Shown piece after piece: positions 43,947 through 55,262 of a stretch of DNA of 64,000 nucleotides. The notes under the pieces were generated by a model, which saw nothing but the letters and a program-made list of their open reading frames with translations, ran no database searches and was not told the origin of the DNA. Source of the DNA: Rebecca billardiae RCC1528 (taxonomy: Eukaryota > Protista > Haptophyta). Positions within the stretch are counted from its first letter, which is position 1; the number at the start of each line of letters is the position of its first letter. The stretch covers positions 2,852,001-2,916,000 of the forward strand of contig OZ251227.1 in NCBI GenBank assembly GCA_965240325.2, read 5' to 3'. Made by a program: the position numbers and the translations under genes.

Positions 43947-45368
43947 ATGCTCGCGTCGGCAGGTGCATTGGCGGCCGTCGTCATCATCCTCGTCATGACG
44001 AAAGAAACGCGCGCTGGTACGCCGGTGACCTTGGCCGGGGAGGCCGCTGAGGTGGGCGGGAACAGCTCAGCGCTCCCAGCTGCCCTGTCGGATCCTGCGC
44101 GGCGTATCGACACGGTGATCGCCGCCAACCACGTGTCATGCGTGCTAGATATGGTCCTCGCAGGCGTGCGCACGTACCTCCAGCCGCGGGTGCGTGACGT
44201 CCACCTGCTCGTGCCCAGCCGGCTGCGCACCGCGTGCAACGATGCACACGGTCAGTCGCACGTGCACTGCCATGACGAGCGAGTCCTGCTCAACATCTCA
44301 GACAGCGAGCTGGGCGCGGTGCTCGCGAGGAAGGGCGGCGACTGGCTCGAGGTCGCCGCGAGCAGCCGCCGGCTGTGGTACTTCGCGCAGCTCCTGAAGC
44401 TCACAGCTGCTCTCACCTTGCCCACCCTCTCGGACGAGTTCCTCGTGCTGGACAGCGACTACGTGTTGCTGCGCCCGTTCTCGCTCTTCGTCGGGAGGCG
44501 ACAAGGCGTCAAGCGCGTGCGGCTTGAGTTTGTGAGCCCCGCTGCGTACGCCAAGCCCTACGCCGCTGCGACGCAAGCGCTGCTCGGCGTCTCGCCGCCG
44601 CGGTCCTCCAACGTCGTGTCGCACAAGGCGTACGTCATCAAATCAGAGCATTTGAAAATGCTCGGCGTCGTGTGCGGCACGTCGTTGGACGCGCGCACGT
44701 GTGCCCTCGCATTCCTGGATGCCGTTCCAGCATCGAGCTACGCTCACCAGGGCATGGCAGAGTGCGTGTGCTGCGCAGGCCGCGCGCGCGCGCGTCGCGG
44801 CGATGGGGAGGAATGCTGGCTCTCGCGCGCGGCCGCTCATCGACCCAGCCCGTGCAGAGCCGCCCCCTGCAGCGCCCACGCACGCGCGCCCCTGTTGCGA
44901 TCGACGATGTTCAGCTCATCAGTGCCGTCCCGTTGCGCTCTGCGCCGCGCCGCGGCGATCTGGCGCAGGTACGAGATGATGTGGACATGGCTTCTCCGTA
45001 CGCGCCCCGGATGGGTCACGAGGGCACAGTTCTCCTTCGTGCGCACGCCCCCCAGGGAAAAGCTCCCGGCGGCGCCTGCCGGCTGCAACGTGAGCGAGGG
45101 CATGGCAGCGCTCGACGCGAAGATGTCTCAGATGGTCAGCAGCAACAAGTACCTGCGCAGACCCGTACAACAGAAAGAGATACGTGCGCTCGTGGTGGAG
45201 ACACTGCCTGCCAGTGCCAACGAGACGACGCGAAAGTCGTCCGTCTCGTCTCTCGCTCGCACAAGGCGCAGCCTGGCCGCTGCCGCTGTGGCGGACCGTG
45301 TGCGGCACTCGCGCCCGCGCGGGCGCGGGCACGGCAGGCCGCAGCGACTAGGTCTACGTGGCGGATGA
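43947..45368 (+). CDS. DUF6492-like nucleotide-sugar transferase, type II membrane; intron 44762-44968
   Basis: N-terminal anchor; WYFAQLLKL and FLVLDSDYVLLRP (DxD); splicing restores MAEYE. Confidence 0.7.
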   Translation: MLASAGALAAVVIILVMTKETRAGTPVTLAGEAAEVGGNSSALPAALSDPARRIDTVIAANHVSCVLDMVLAGVRTYLQPRVRDVHLLVPSRLRTACNDAHGQSHVHCHDERVLLNISDSELGAVLARKGGDWLEVAASSRRLWYFAQLLKLTAALTLPTLSDEFLVLDSDYVLLRPFSLFVGRRQGVKRVRLEFVSPAAYAKPYAAATQALLGVSPPRSSNVVSHKAYVIKSEHLKMLGVVCGTSLDARTCALAFLDAVPASSYAHQGMAECVCCAGRARARRGDGEECWLSRAAAHRPSPCRAAPCSAHARAPLLRSTMFSSSVPSRCALRRAAAIWRRYEMMWTWLLRTRPGWVTRAQFSFVRTPPREKLPAAPAGCNVSEGMAALDAKMSQMVSSNKYLRRPVQQKEIRALVVETLPASANETTRKSSVSSLARTRRSLAAAAVADRVRHSRPRGRGHGRPQRLGLRGG

Positions 45369-45652
45369 CGTCTCAGTCGTAGTACTGCTATACGATGATA
45401 TGGCAGCAGCGCGCGCTGGCGGCAACGCCACCGGTCCGGTTACGTATGCCCGGCCGAGTCGTCACGTATATGATGCGCTGACTATCGTCAGCAGTAGTAT
45501 CACGAGACACGACTGACACGTATATACCGCGCTATATATATATACCATATTACGCTAGTTATACTACTGCTACAGACAGGCAGACAGCAGGCTACAGCGC
45601 AACTGATGATGAGTGCCAGTGCTGTAACGCCCGCCCGATTACTATCGATCTA

Positions 45653-46993
45653 GGGTGGAATTCCCATTTTCTGGCGCACTTCTGCACTGGGGAGGCGGAA
45701 AAGCGGCATTTAATACGCGAATAAGGAATAAAATAATAATGGGAATAAAGCGCACGCAGTGCGAAGAAATTTTTCCGGGTAATGTATCAGCGTAGTTATT
45801 ATGCGAAGCACCATTTGCTGCGAGGCGGCCTGCTTGCGCACGCGGCGTCCCGAGCACCCTCGGGGCTCAGCTGCGGCTCGGCCTGCGCGCGCTCAGCAAG
45901 CTCGCGTGCGGCCTGCACCTTGCCCGCCGCCTCGACTCTCGAGCAAGAGGATCGACGTATGAGTCGGAGCGTGTGCCACCGAGCTGCTGTCCGGCCGCCA
46001 CCCGCTACTGCAGCCGCTGGCCGCGGTGCCTGGCCTCGGCGCGGCCCCACAGGCTCAGCGTTGGGATCTCCTCCTCCTCCTGCGCTCCTCCTCCAGCCGT
46101 TTGAGCCGCCGCCGTCGTGGCCGCCTCGTCCTCGTCGATCAGCTGAACGGCGGGAGTGATGTCTCTGCTCAGCTGAGTGTGACGTGACAAGCGAAGCGAC
46201 GAGCGACGGCAGCCCGGTGACCAAGCCGACGAGCTCATCGTACGAGCCATCATGCGTGCGCTCGTGCCGTGTCTGAGCTGACTCGCGCTCGTACGCCGAC
46301 CAGGCTTTGCTCGGACTGAACGCGTCTGCTCAGGCGTCCTTGCGTGTGCGCTTGGACGGCCGCGGGCCGTCATCTGGTCCGACCGCGCGCAGCTCGATCT
46401 CGGAAGCGTTGAGCTGCTCCGCGGTTGACTCACCCTCTGCCTCAGGCTCGACCACGGCAGCAGGCTCCGCAGCAGCCGCCAGGTAGCATCGGCAGGAGCC
46501 CCTGCGCCACGCGACGCCGTCCGCACATCGGCCAGCTTGCCGCACACGCGCTGGACCACGGCCTCGCCGCGCTTTGACGCGGATGTGGTGCCAGGTCGTC
46601 GTGCCAATCGTTTGGCTATCGACAACGGGCACGGGCACCTCGATCACGACAACGCCTGTCGCGTAGGCTGTGTAGCGATGTCCGTCCACGACCCCGTCGT
46701 GGGTGGACGGCGCACGCCATCGCGGCCGACCGGCCGTGGGCGCAAGTGTCTCGTGAATTGTTTTTTTATTTCACTAATTCGCCCAGCCGCTACATCGAAC
46801 TCGACAACGGTTGCTTTTACACCCGCGGTCTTTTGACTGTGCAAATGGGGCGCCGCCCCATGCTCAAATCCGAAGAGAACGAAGATGTAAAAGTGTCTGG
46901 TCCCTAGATACTGTGCTGTCCGGGTCCCGGTCCGGTCAAATCTGAGCAGCCGGATTTTCCGCCCGGACAGGCCAGAAAATGGGATTTTCACCC
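45653..46993. mobile_element. Non-autonomous TIR DNA transposon, 1341 bp, 4-bp TSD TCTA (Sola2-like GGG..CCC ends)
   Basis: 23-bp TIR GGGTG(G/A)AA(T/A)TCCCATTTTCTGGC; TCTA at 45649-45652 and 46994-46997. Confidence 0.88.
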
Positions 46994-47047
46994 TCTATGT
47001 CGTACGTTTCGTCAGCATCATCATCAGCACGGCTAGATCTTCCTGCT

Positions 47048-49170
47048 CTAGGACGGGGCAGCGCGGACTCCTCGGAGGACGGCCTTGACGAGCTCCGGCA
47101 CACGCTCGCGCAGGACCGGCACGCCGGCCGACAGCATGAGCGCGAGCAGGCTGAGAACGCCTGCGACGAGGCCGGCAGACCACGTGACGTCTGAGGGACC
47201 GGGCAGCGACGGCGCCGAGAGCTGCAGCTGCACCGGCCGGAGCAGTCGCCACTGCTTGCGCAGTTCGCCGAGTGTCGACGGCGCCGCCGCCCACATCGCC
47301 TTGGCCCCGAGCCCGGCGGGCAGCCCGGCGACGCGCGCGGTGGCGTCCATGTACGCGGAGGTGGCGTGGTCACTCACCGCCGTCGGGGCGAGCACGATGA
47401 AGTCGAGCAGCTGCGGGGAGACCGCCTCGACCGTCATGTGCTTCTGCTTGGGAGGCGGCTTGCGCTTCGACTTGAAGAGGTCAAGCACGCTCGGCTTTGT
47501 CGAAGAGCCGCCGGCCGGTGCGCCCTCGGCGGCGGCCGGTGCGCCGGCCGCCACAGCCACGGCCGCGGCGGTGGCCGCGGCGGCGGCTTCCACGCTCACC
47601 ACGCCCGTGCGGACGCCGAGCGAGACGGTGCCGAGCGTCGCGATCGAGAGCGCGCGCCCGAGCCACGTCTTGCGCACATGCGGGGGCCCGTCCTTCTCGG
47701 TGAGCAGCAGCAGCGTGCCGATGCCGAGCATCGAGCCCCACTTGGCCTTGGTCTCCGCGGACGTCTCGATGTGGTCGCGCAGGTGCGGCAGCGTCGGCCG
47801 CAGGCCCTCGGGCGCGAGCAGGTAGGCGACGCGGTCGGACGACGAGATCTGCTCCATGCCGTCCACCTCCTTCACCGCGAGCAGCAGCTTCATCATCGAG
47901 TTGAGCGTCGTCCGCGGAATCATGTCGTAGCGGTGGATGAAGCAGTATGTGTTCGCGTGCACCCACCGCGGCACCTTGTGCGCGGGCTCGAACGGCGGGG
48001 ACGGCGCGTACGCGTAGCACTTGACGGCGCCGGTGCGGGAGAAGGTGTGCAGCGGGCCGCCCTCGCCGCACAGGCAGATCATCGCGAGAATCGCCGTGCT
48101 CGCACCCAGGCTGCACGGACGCCGGTCGGCGCGGCCGCGCCGACGGCCGGGCGGCGCGGAGGCGGGCGCGCGCGCGTGAGCGTGCGGCGTGGCGCGCGGT
48201 GCGGCGCGCGCGCGGTGCGGCGCGCGCGCGCGCGCGCGTGCCTGTGGCCGGTGATGACGAGCTGCGAGGGCGGCCTCTCCCCGTCGAAGAAGCGCAGCAG
48301 CTTCTCGAAGAAGAGCGACTGGATGATCGGGAACGCAATCTCGGCGACCTGGCGCGCGGCCTTCAAGATACCCGCGTGCGCGTGCCCTCCGAGGAAGGGC
48401 TCGCTCTTGGCGGTGGCGTCGGTGAGCGCGTCGGCGAGCGAGGCGGAGCCGCGGATCGAGACGACCAGCGCGCACGCCACCGGGTCCGTCGCGATCACGA
48501 AGTTCGGACAGCCCACGCCGGACGACTTGTGCACAAAGTGGATGTGCTGCTCTTCGAGCCCGAGCTCGTGCGCGATCTTCTCCTTGCCGTCCGAGTACGC
48601 GGCGTGGGCGAAGCAGGCGTAGCGCGCGCCGGCATGCAGCACCGACGCGTCGGTGAACGCCACGCCCGAGCTCGGCGGGTGCGGGTAGCGCTTCTCGCGC
48701 GACACCTGCGTGGCGATCAGGGCCGCGTTCATCGTGATCGAATAGTTCAGGGCGTCGTACGCGCCGGGGCCGAAGAGGTCGACAAAGACCTCCTTCGACA
48801 GGCTGCTGAGTCGGCGGAGCGCGTCGTCCGCGCCCTCGCCGATCATGTCGTCCGCGATCTTCGCGAAGAAGGTGTCCGTCTGCGAAGCGCCGCCTGACGC
48901 GACGCCAGACGTCTCGACGGCCTCTGCCTCGGCCGCGCTCGGCTGCTCCTTCGCCGTGGAGGGCGACATGAACGCCGGGAGCTTGAAGCCACTCTTTGCC
49001 TCTTCAGTCTGCTCGCTCGCCGCCCCTCCGAGGAACGCGGGCATCTTGAACCCGGACCCTGACTCCGCCTCGGCGGGCGCTTCAGTCTGCTCGCTCGCCG
49101 CCCCTCGGAGGAACGCGGGCATCTTGAACCCGGACCCTGACTCCGCCTCGGCGGGCGCGGCCTCCGACAT
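47048..49170 (-). CDS. Class 3 lipase (DAG-lipase-like); GC-AG intron 48111-48241
   Basis: VSIRGSASLADALTD, HAGIL, spliced GHSLGA nucleophile elbow, YAPSP, DMIPR, C-terminal DH. Confidence 0.88.
49003..49158 (-). repeat. Coding tandem repeat, 2 x 78 bp, in the lipase N-terminus
   Basis: APAEAESGSGFKMPAFL(R/G)GAASEQTE twice, one nucleotide mismatch. Confidence 0.95.
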
Positions 49171-50442
49171 TTCGCAGGGAGGCTTTCTCCCCGGCCTCCT
49201 CGTCGGGCCGAAGCAGAAAGAAATATCCTCGGATTCCTCGCGCAATAATTAATTTGGATCGCGTCTGAGAGCAGGCGGCGGCGGCGGCGGCGGCATCGGC
49301 AGGGGTTCGCGAGATGGTGGGCGTGAACGCCGCCTGGCCGTGTTGTTCCTGACGGGCGGATGGGCGCGGCCAGGCGGTAGCGTACAACTGAAACAAGCTG
49401 TCTGAAGCAGCACTCTTGCCAGCCTGTGTGGGCATCGGGCCAGAGAGCCTGCTTCCCCGCGAGGCCGCAAGGCATGAGGCATCGCCAGCTCCGGGAGCCG
49501 TGAGGCCACCCGTCCCAGCCCCCTACGTCAAGGTCCCTGGTATTGAAAAGTACCCGCAGCTATTCGTTACCAGCCCATTTCATAGTCACTGAGCTCATGA
49601 CCGTCCATGGACGGTCATGAGCGCGCTGAGCCGAAGACGGGCTCACGGGCTTTCTGGGATGGGTGGCCGAGTGCCGCCGTCGGGATCCGCGGAGTATCGC
49701 AGCTTGCTCCATGAGGCTGAATGAGGCGCCAATTCAGTAGGCAATTCCGTCGCATCTGGCTGGAGACCAGGCTGGTCAGCAAGCCACGCTCTGTCGCGAG
49801 GGTTCGGCTGGTAGTGGTACTACGTCTCGTGGCGTTACACCAGCTCCCGAGACAGACGGTATAATGATAATCCCGACGGGACTCGGGAGTTGCCCTGATG
49901 ACGGCAAGGCTGGTGTAGCTGTCGTGTGGATTGAATAGGCGGGAGCTGCTGCGACGCGCAAGGCCGTGCGTTCGATTGAACGCCACGGGTTGATGTGGCG
50001 AGGGCGCGCCACGCCCACCCACGCTCTGACCTCGAGCGCGGTGGGTGTGCCGACAGGCGGTTCGTGAATCGTGTCGGAGTCTCGGCGAGCGGGCGCGGCG
50101 GGGGCAGTCCGGGAACGCGTCCACTAATACCGGACTCTGGCAAAATTTGGCGGGAGGGCAGGTCAGTATCTCGGCTCGGGGGTGGTACCGCGAGATGAAT
50201 AGATGATGATACAGGGAGGGGGTACTCCGGTACTTTCCTCAGAGAGTTCTCGCACCTGATTGGCTGAGCCCAGTTCGGGGCGCATACTCCACGGCCGCCG
50301 ATTAGACTTGCCCCGTTCCCGCGCTTTTGAGCCCGAACAGACGGGTCCTGTGCGTTTGCGCGGGAAAGTTGCACCAGGGCTGGCGACGCTTCCCGAGCGG
50401 ACTAAGCGGAGGAGGGAGGACACTCGTGAACTCCTCGGCGGC

Positions 50443-51468
50443 ATGCGCAGCGACAGCGAGAGCGCGACGACGACGGCGGCGACGACGAGCGCGGGGGACG
50501 GCGACGAGCCTCAGTCCTGCGCGATGTCCCCGGTCTCCCCCCGACACCCTGACGACGTCGCCTCGGCGCCGCCACACCCAACAACGCCTGCGACGCCCAT
50601 CGCGCGCCCCCCTTCGGCGGCGAGCGGCGACGCATCGCGCGCGGGCGTCGAGGAGGCGGGGCAGCACGCGTTCTCGACGCCGAAGGAGAAGAGGCAGAAG
50701 CAGCTCCCGGCCGACCACTTCGAGCGCGTCGCCATGTGGCACACCGTCGAGCTGCGCAAAATCTCGGGCAACGCCGCGCCTTCGAAGAAGAACCTCAAGA
50801 ACTGGCTCCGAAAGAACCCGGCATGCGAGATCTACGCCGGCCAGGACCTGGGGCAGAAGCGGGCGCTGCGCGAGCGGCGGCGCGAGCGGGCGCGCGAGGT
50901 GCAGGCGAAGGAGAACCTCCAGACCATCGCCCAGGCGCTCTGCACCGGCGGCGAGCGCGCGCGTGGCGGCGCGCGCATGCAGCTGCCCTCGGCCGCCGCC
51001 GCGCATGAGCACCGGCACTTCCCGTTCATGCGCAGCCGCAGCCCCTCGCCCGAGCGCACGCGGTGCGACGGCGCGTGGGGAAGCTGCGACTCGCCCTCAT
51101 CCGCGTACGAGCCCGTCGCCGTGGCCAGCACCGCGTGCGGCGAGGACGGCCTGCTCGTCGACATCTGCTTTGAGCCCACGCACGCCGACAGCGGGCGTGA
51201 CGCCGGCAGCGCCTCGCTCATCGCGCCCTTCTCGCCGAGCCACTTCTTCGCGGACGACGAGATCGAGCAGCTCGCAGGCCTCGGCCCGCTCCCCTCGCCA
51301 GCGGCCGCCGCCGCGCAGATCGACGGCGCATGCGACGCGCGCGAGCTCGGCGTCGACAGCGGCGACGAATGGTGGGAGACGTGCGCTGCCAAGCCGATGG
51401 CGCTCGACTCACCGTGCGGCGTGACGGAGATGGACGAGCACGTGCTCTTCGGCTCGGCGCTCGCGTGA
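50443..51468 (+). CDS. BRK-domain protein, otherwise low complexity
   Basis: ERVAMWHTVELRKISGNAAPSKKNLKNWLRKNP resembles the BRK motif of CHD7/BRM-type proteins. Confidence 0.65.
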   Translation: MRSDSESATTTAATTSAGDGDEPQSCAMSPVSPRHPDDVASAPPHPTTPATPIARPPSAASGDASRAGVEEAGQHAFSTPKEKRQKQLPADHFERVAMWHTVELRKISGNAAPSKKNLKNWLRKNPACEIYAGQDLGQKRALRERRRERAREVQAKENLQTIAQALCTGGERARGGARMQLPSAAAAHEHRHFPFMRSRSPSPERTRCDGAWGSCDSPSSAYEPVAVASTACGEDGLLVDICFEPTHADSGRDAGSASLIAPFSPSHFFADDEIEQLAGLGPLPSPAAAAAQIDGACDARELGVDSGDEWWETCAAKPMALDSPCGVTEMDEHVLFGSALA

Positions 51469-52328
51469 GCGGCTCGCGCACGCGCATCCGGCCAAGTCGT
51501 TGGCGGCACGCTCCGGGGCCTCGAGCCCCCCCCCTCCATCCCGCCGCTCCGCTCCACGGGCTGTCCCCTACGCGAGGGCGCAGCCTCCGGCCGCGAGGTG
51601 CACGTGATCGAGCTGTGCACGATCAAGTCAGGCGTGGCCCGCGGGCGGGCACGTCGCACAGGTTGATGCAAGCAGTGTTTTGTGTGTGTCCCAGGGGCTG
51701 CGGCCATGGCGAGGGACTCTCAGACGCGCACCAGAGGCTCCGAAGTACCAGCGTCATTGGCGGCATCGCTCAGTCGGGCAGGCGGACCACCGTGGATGGC
51801 GCGGGATTGGCGTCGACTGTCGAGCTCTGCCGCGCCCATGCGTCGGGCGCAGGCGGTTATTGGGCTGAGTCTGCTTGAATCTGCAGTGGATTTACAGTAG
51901 CTGAAGCTAAAGCTGTCCGGCATGTTGCCACCCTCACACGTCGTCTCTGTGACATGGTGCGACGGCTGTCTGGATCGATCGGGTGCCGTGAGAAGCCGGC
52001 GCGCTGGCAAGGTCGGGTAGGCGCGGCCACGCCGAGCCAGGACCCCAGCACGCGCAACCAGTCAATTGAGATTTGACTATTTTGAGACTGAGACTTGACT
52101 GTTGGTCGTAAGAACCTCATCACACATTCAATGTGCCCAGGGCCAGGATGCACCGATGCGGCGATGCACGGAAGGGCGCGCAACATTCGATTTTAGATTC
52201 CCGAAGCGGAACAAATATTCCGGCAGTCTCTCGCAGGCTCCGCGCGAATGCACGTAATTGGCACCTCGTGAGGCCGGATTCTGACGCCCGTCCGGCGAAA
52301 GACGAAAAGCCGAGGCCAAGGAACGACC

Positions 52329-53663
52329 ATGGCGACAGGCACGTCGACCCGCACGCGCGGCGATCTGGTGTGCACGACGTCTGTGACCGACCTGGGCAAG
52401 CGCATGCCCATCGCTACGGGCATCTGCTTTCTCGACCACATGGTCGACCAGCTCGTCTCCCACGGCCAGCTCGGCATCTCTGTGCAGGTGTCGCTCGGTG
52501 GCAAGCCGTTCTCCGCGGACGCAGACTATGCTGTCCTCGCAGCGGGCAAGGCCACGAGTCCAGGCGATCCATCCGTCCTCATCAGCGAGCGGCCGCATGA
52601 CGAAGCGATCTTCGAGCTCGTTGGCGCCTCACTCGGCGCCGCGCTGGCCGAGATGGCGCGCGAAGTGCAGGGCACCGGCTCCGCGCCGCCCGCGGCGCCG
52701 TCTGCCGATGCGATGCGATTCTGTGCGCCGCTGGACGAGGCAGTGAGCGAGGCGGTGGTCTCCCTCGGCGGCGAAGGCTTCGCGTTCGCGCTCGCGCCGT
52801 ACGGAACCATCCCCCCGGGCGGGCGCACCTGGATCGGCACGTACCGCACGGCCCTCACCGAGCCGCTCTGGCGCGCGCTGGGCGCGGAGCTCGGCGGCCG
52901 CGTCGAGCTGCGCAAGCTGCGCGGCGCCAACGCGCACCATATCGTCGAGGCGAGCTTCAAGGCGTTCGCGCGCGCGTTCCGCGCGCACATCGATGTGCTC
53001 AGCGGCGCGTGGGACGCGCGCTCCGCCGCGCTGCTGCCCGAGCCCAGCGCGGCCGCGCGGCGCGCGAGCCACTCGCGCTCGACCAAGGAAACAGCCATCG
53101 AGGTCGAGGTGGCGCTCGACGGCGCCGGCGGCGGCGGCGCGGTGAGCACGGGGATCCGCACGCTCGACGGGCTGGTGGAGGCGCTGCGCGAGGCATCGAC
53201 GGCCTCCGTCAGCGTGCGCTGCGCGGGAGACCTCCACATCGACGACCACCACTCCATCGAGGACGTCGGCATCGCCCTCGGCCAGTGCCTCGGCGCAGCG
53301 CTCGGCGACAAGGCCGGCTGCAACCGGATGGGCTGCGCCGCCGCGGCTGAGGGCGGCGCGCAGGTCGAAGTGGTGGTCGACCTGTCGAACAGGCCGCACT
53401 ACGAGTCTGACCTCGTGCTCGACGCGGAGTACACGGGTGACATGGCCAGCGAGATGGTGGAGCACTTCTTCGACTCGCTCGCGACGAGCGCTCGCTCGAC
53501 GGTGCACGTGCGGCAGCTGGCGCGCGGCCGGGGACCGTCTGCGTGCGCGGAGCTGGCCACGGCCACGGCGCGCGCGCTCGGTCTCGCGCTGCGCCAGTGC
53601 GCCGCTATTGACCCCCGCCGCGCCGGCATGACGGCGAGCTCGAAGGGCACGCTCAGCAAGTGA
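52329..53663 (+). CDS. HIS3: Imidazoleglycerol-phosphate dehydratase, internally duplicated (two IGPD units)
   Basis: TGICFLDHM, PLDEA, NAHHIVEASFKAF in unit 1; RSTKET, GDLHIDDHHSIED, DLSNRP, EHFF, SSKG in unit 2. Confidence 0.92.
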   Translation: MATGTSTRTRGDLVCTTSVTDLGKRMPIATGICFLDHMVDQLVSHGQLGISVQVSLGGKPFSADADYAVLAAGKATSPGDPSVLISERPHDEAIFELVGASLGAALAEMAREVQGTGSAPPAAPSADAMRFCAPLDEAVSEAVVSLGGEGFAFALAPYGTIPPGGRTWIGTYRTALTEPLWRALGAELGGRVELRKLRGANAHHIVEASFKAFARAFRAHIDVLSGAWDARSAALLPEPSAAARRASHSRSTKETAIEVEVALDGAGGGGAVSTGIRTLDGLVEALREASTASVSVRCAGDLHIDDHHSIEDVGIALGQCLGAALGDKAGCNRMGCAAAAEGGAQVEVVVDLSNRPHYESDLVLDAEYTGDMASEMVEHFFDSLATSARSTVHVRQLARGRGPSACAELATATARALGLALRQCAAIDPRRAGMTASSKGTLSK

Positions 53664-54454
53664 CGTGACGGCACACGCTGCCACGCAACGTCTGCCCTAC
53701 TGCTGACGGAGTCGTCCGAGCGCGCCCGACCGTCGCCAAGGGCGAGAGACTCGGACCGTGTGAGACCATCGATTGGCTCGGCGCCGCTCGAGGCGCACCC
53801 ACCCCCTGGACGTCTGCGTGGCCGGCCTGTTGTCGGAGTGTCGGACGACTCGCGAGTTGCGTGGCCGAACCGTCACGTTCCGGCAGGGACTACGGCCGTA
53901 TAGTAATAGTTGCGTGCAGGGCGGAGGCCCTACCGCTGGCTGGGCCGCGCCGCCCCTGTACTGTACTCTGATGCGTAGTCGCGGGCTGTACTCTCTCGTC
54001 ACTCAAACACTTAATATATATACTCGCTATATACTGCTCTGTATAGCCGTCGTCGCGGATGACCGATGCGGGCGATGACGCACGACGCGGCGCGAGCCCT
54101 CGTCCGCCTTGATGAACTAGCAGTAGTAATGAATCGCATGGCAGCGTGGCGGGCTCTTCGACACCGCCTGTCGCCCGCCGCACTCTCGGACTCGGGCCCT
54201 CGAGGCTCGACTCTCGACTCGCGAGCGCGAGGCCCACATGGCACATGGCACCCATCTGCTGCCACACCATTATTCGTCATTGGACATCAGTATAGCTGCT
54301 TAGTAGCGCAGTATCACGTATATACAGGAAATGTGCGCCGCCTGCGGCCCGGCGCTGACTGCCTGCGCGCCGGCCGCTGTCGCGTGTTACGTGACACTTA
54401 CGTGTTACCCCCATCAATCTGAGTGCGCCCTAACGGCGTCCTGCGGGCTCGCGC

Positions 54455-55138
54455 TCACACAACCGACTGCTTGGTGGTGCCTGTCCCGGGGACCTTGGTG
54501 CCCTGCTCCTCCTCGATCTTGCGCGCCTCCTCCTTGGCGCGCTTCAGCTCTGCGAGCGAGCGACCGTGCAGCGCTTCGCGGTAGTAGAGCAGCCAGTTGG
54601 TCACCTGCGCGCGGCGCGTCATGTTCGGCGTGAGGCCCTCGAGCTTGTACCCCGTGAATCCATGCGGGCGGAGCTGCTCCTTGAGCTGCTGCTTGTACGC
54701 CATGGGGATCGACCGGTGGATCGCCTGGTTGGCGCGCATCACCGGCTCGTCCACATCCTTGGTGTATGTGCGAGTCACGCCGATCAGGTCCGGAGGCGAG
54801 GGGTACTTCTCGCGCCACTTGGCAAAGGCCCTGCTCGCGTCCCAGCTGCCGTCTTTGCGTTGGACATAGCCCAGACAGCGCCAAATAAGCTCGTTCGTCT
54901 CCTCGTCCGTCGTCTCGAGCTTCACGATGCGCACGAGCCGCTCGTTTGCCAGCTCGCTGATGTCGACGTGCTCGCCGACGATGTAGTCGTCATCAGCGGC
55001 ACCGCTTGCCGCGGCGCACATTCGCACGGGTGCGGCAGAGCTCGCGCGCGCCATAGCGCGAGGCGACCACACGCGCGAGGGAGCGTGAAGCCCTCCGAGC
55101 GCGACCACCATCAGCGCAGAGGCGCCGGCCGCCATCAT
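54455..55138 (-). CDS. DUF1823-family protein (cyanobacterial/plastid type) with bipartite-like presequence
   Basis: NELIWRCLGY, WREKYPSPPDLIG, KQQLKEQL, GYKLEGLTPNMTRRA..NWLL. Confidence 0.8.
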   Translation of the reverse strand: MMAAGASALMVVALGGLHAPSRVWSPRAMARASSAAPVRMCAAASGAADDDYIVGEHVDISELANERLVRIVKLETTDEETNELIWRCLGYVQRKDGSWDASRAFAKWREKYPSPPDLIGVTRTYTKDVDEPVMRANQAIHRSIPMAYKQQLKEQLRPHGFTGYKLEGLTPNMTRRAQVTNWLLYYREALHGRSLAELKRAKEEARKIEEEQGTKVPGTGTTKQSVV

Positions 55139-55262
55139 CGTCGAGGACTCGAGATGAGTAAATGACCGCGCTCAGGTCCACCGTGCGTCCGCAAGCAGAC
55201 TGGCATCGCAATCACGGCCGCGCGACGCCGCTGAGGTCCTGCGCCGCGTCGACACCTCGGCG

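Noticed and set aside
46005-46689. ORF fragments in the TCTA-TSD element as a transposase
   Set aside because: Short and broken, with no recognisable catalytic motifs.
38961-46942. Shared CCGGTCAAATC at about 38968 and 46932
   Set aside because: Too short to establish homology.
49250-50300. Gene-free stretch as a possible TE or ncRNA
   Set aside because: No TIR/TSD pair, tRNA fold or rRNA similarity recognised; probably a divergent promoter and UTR region.
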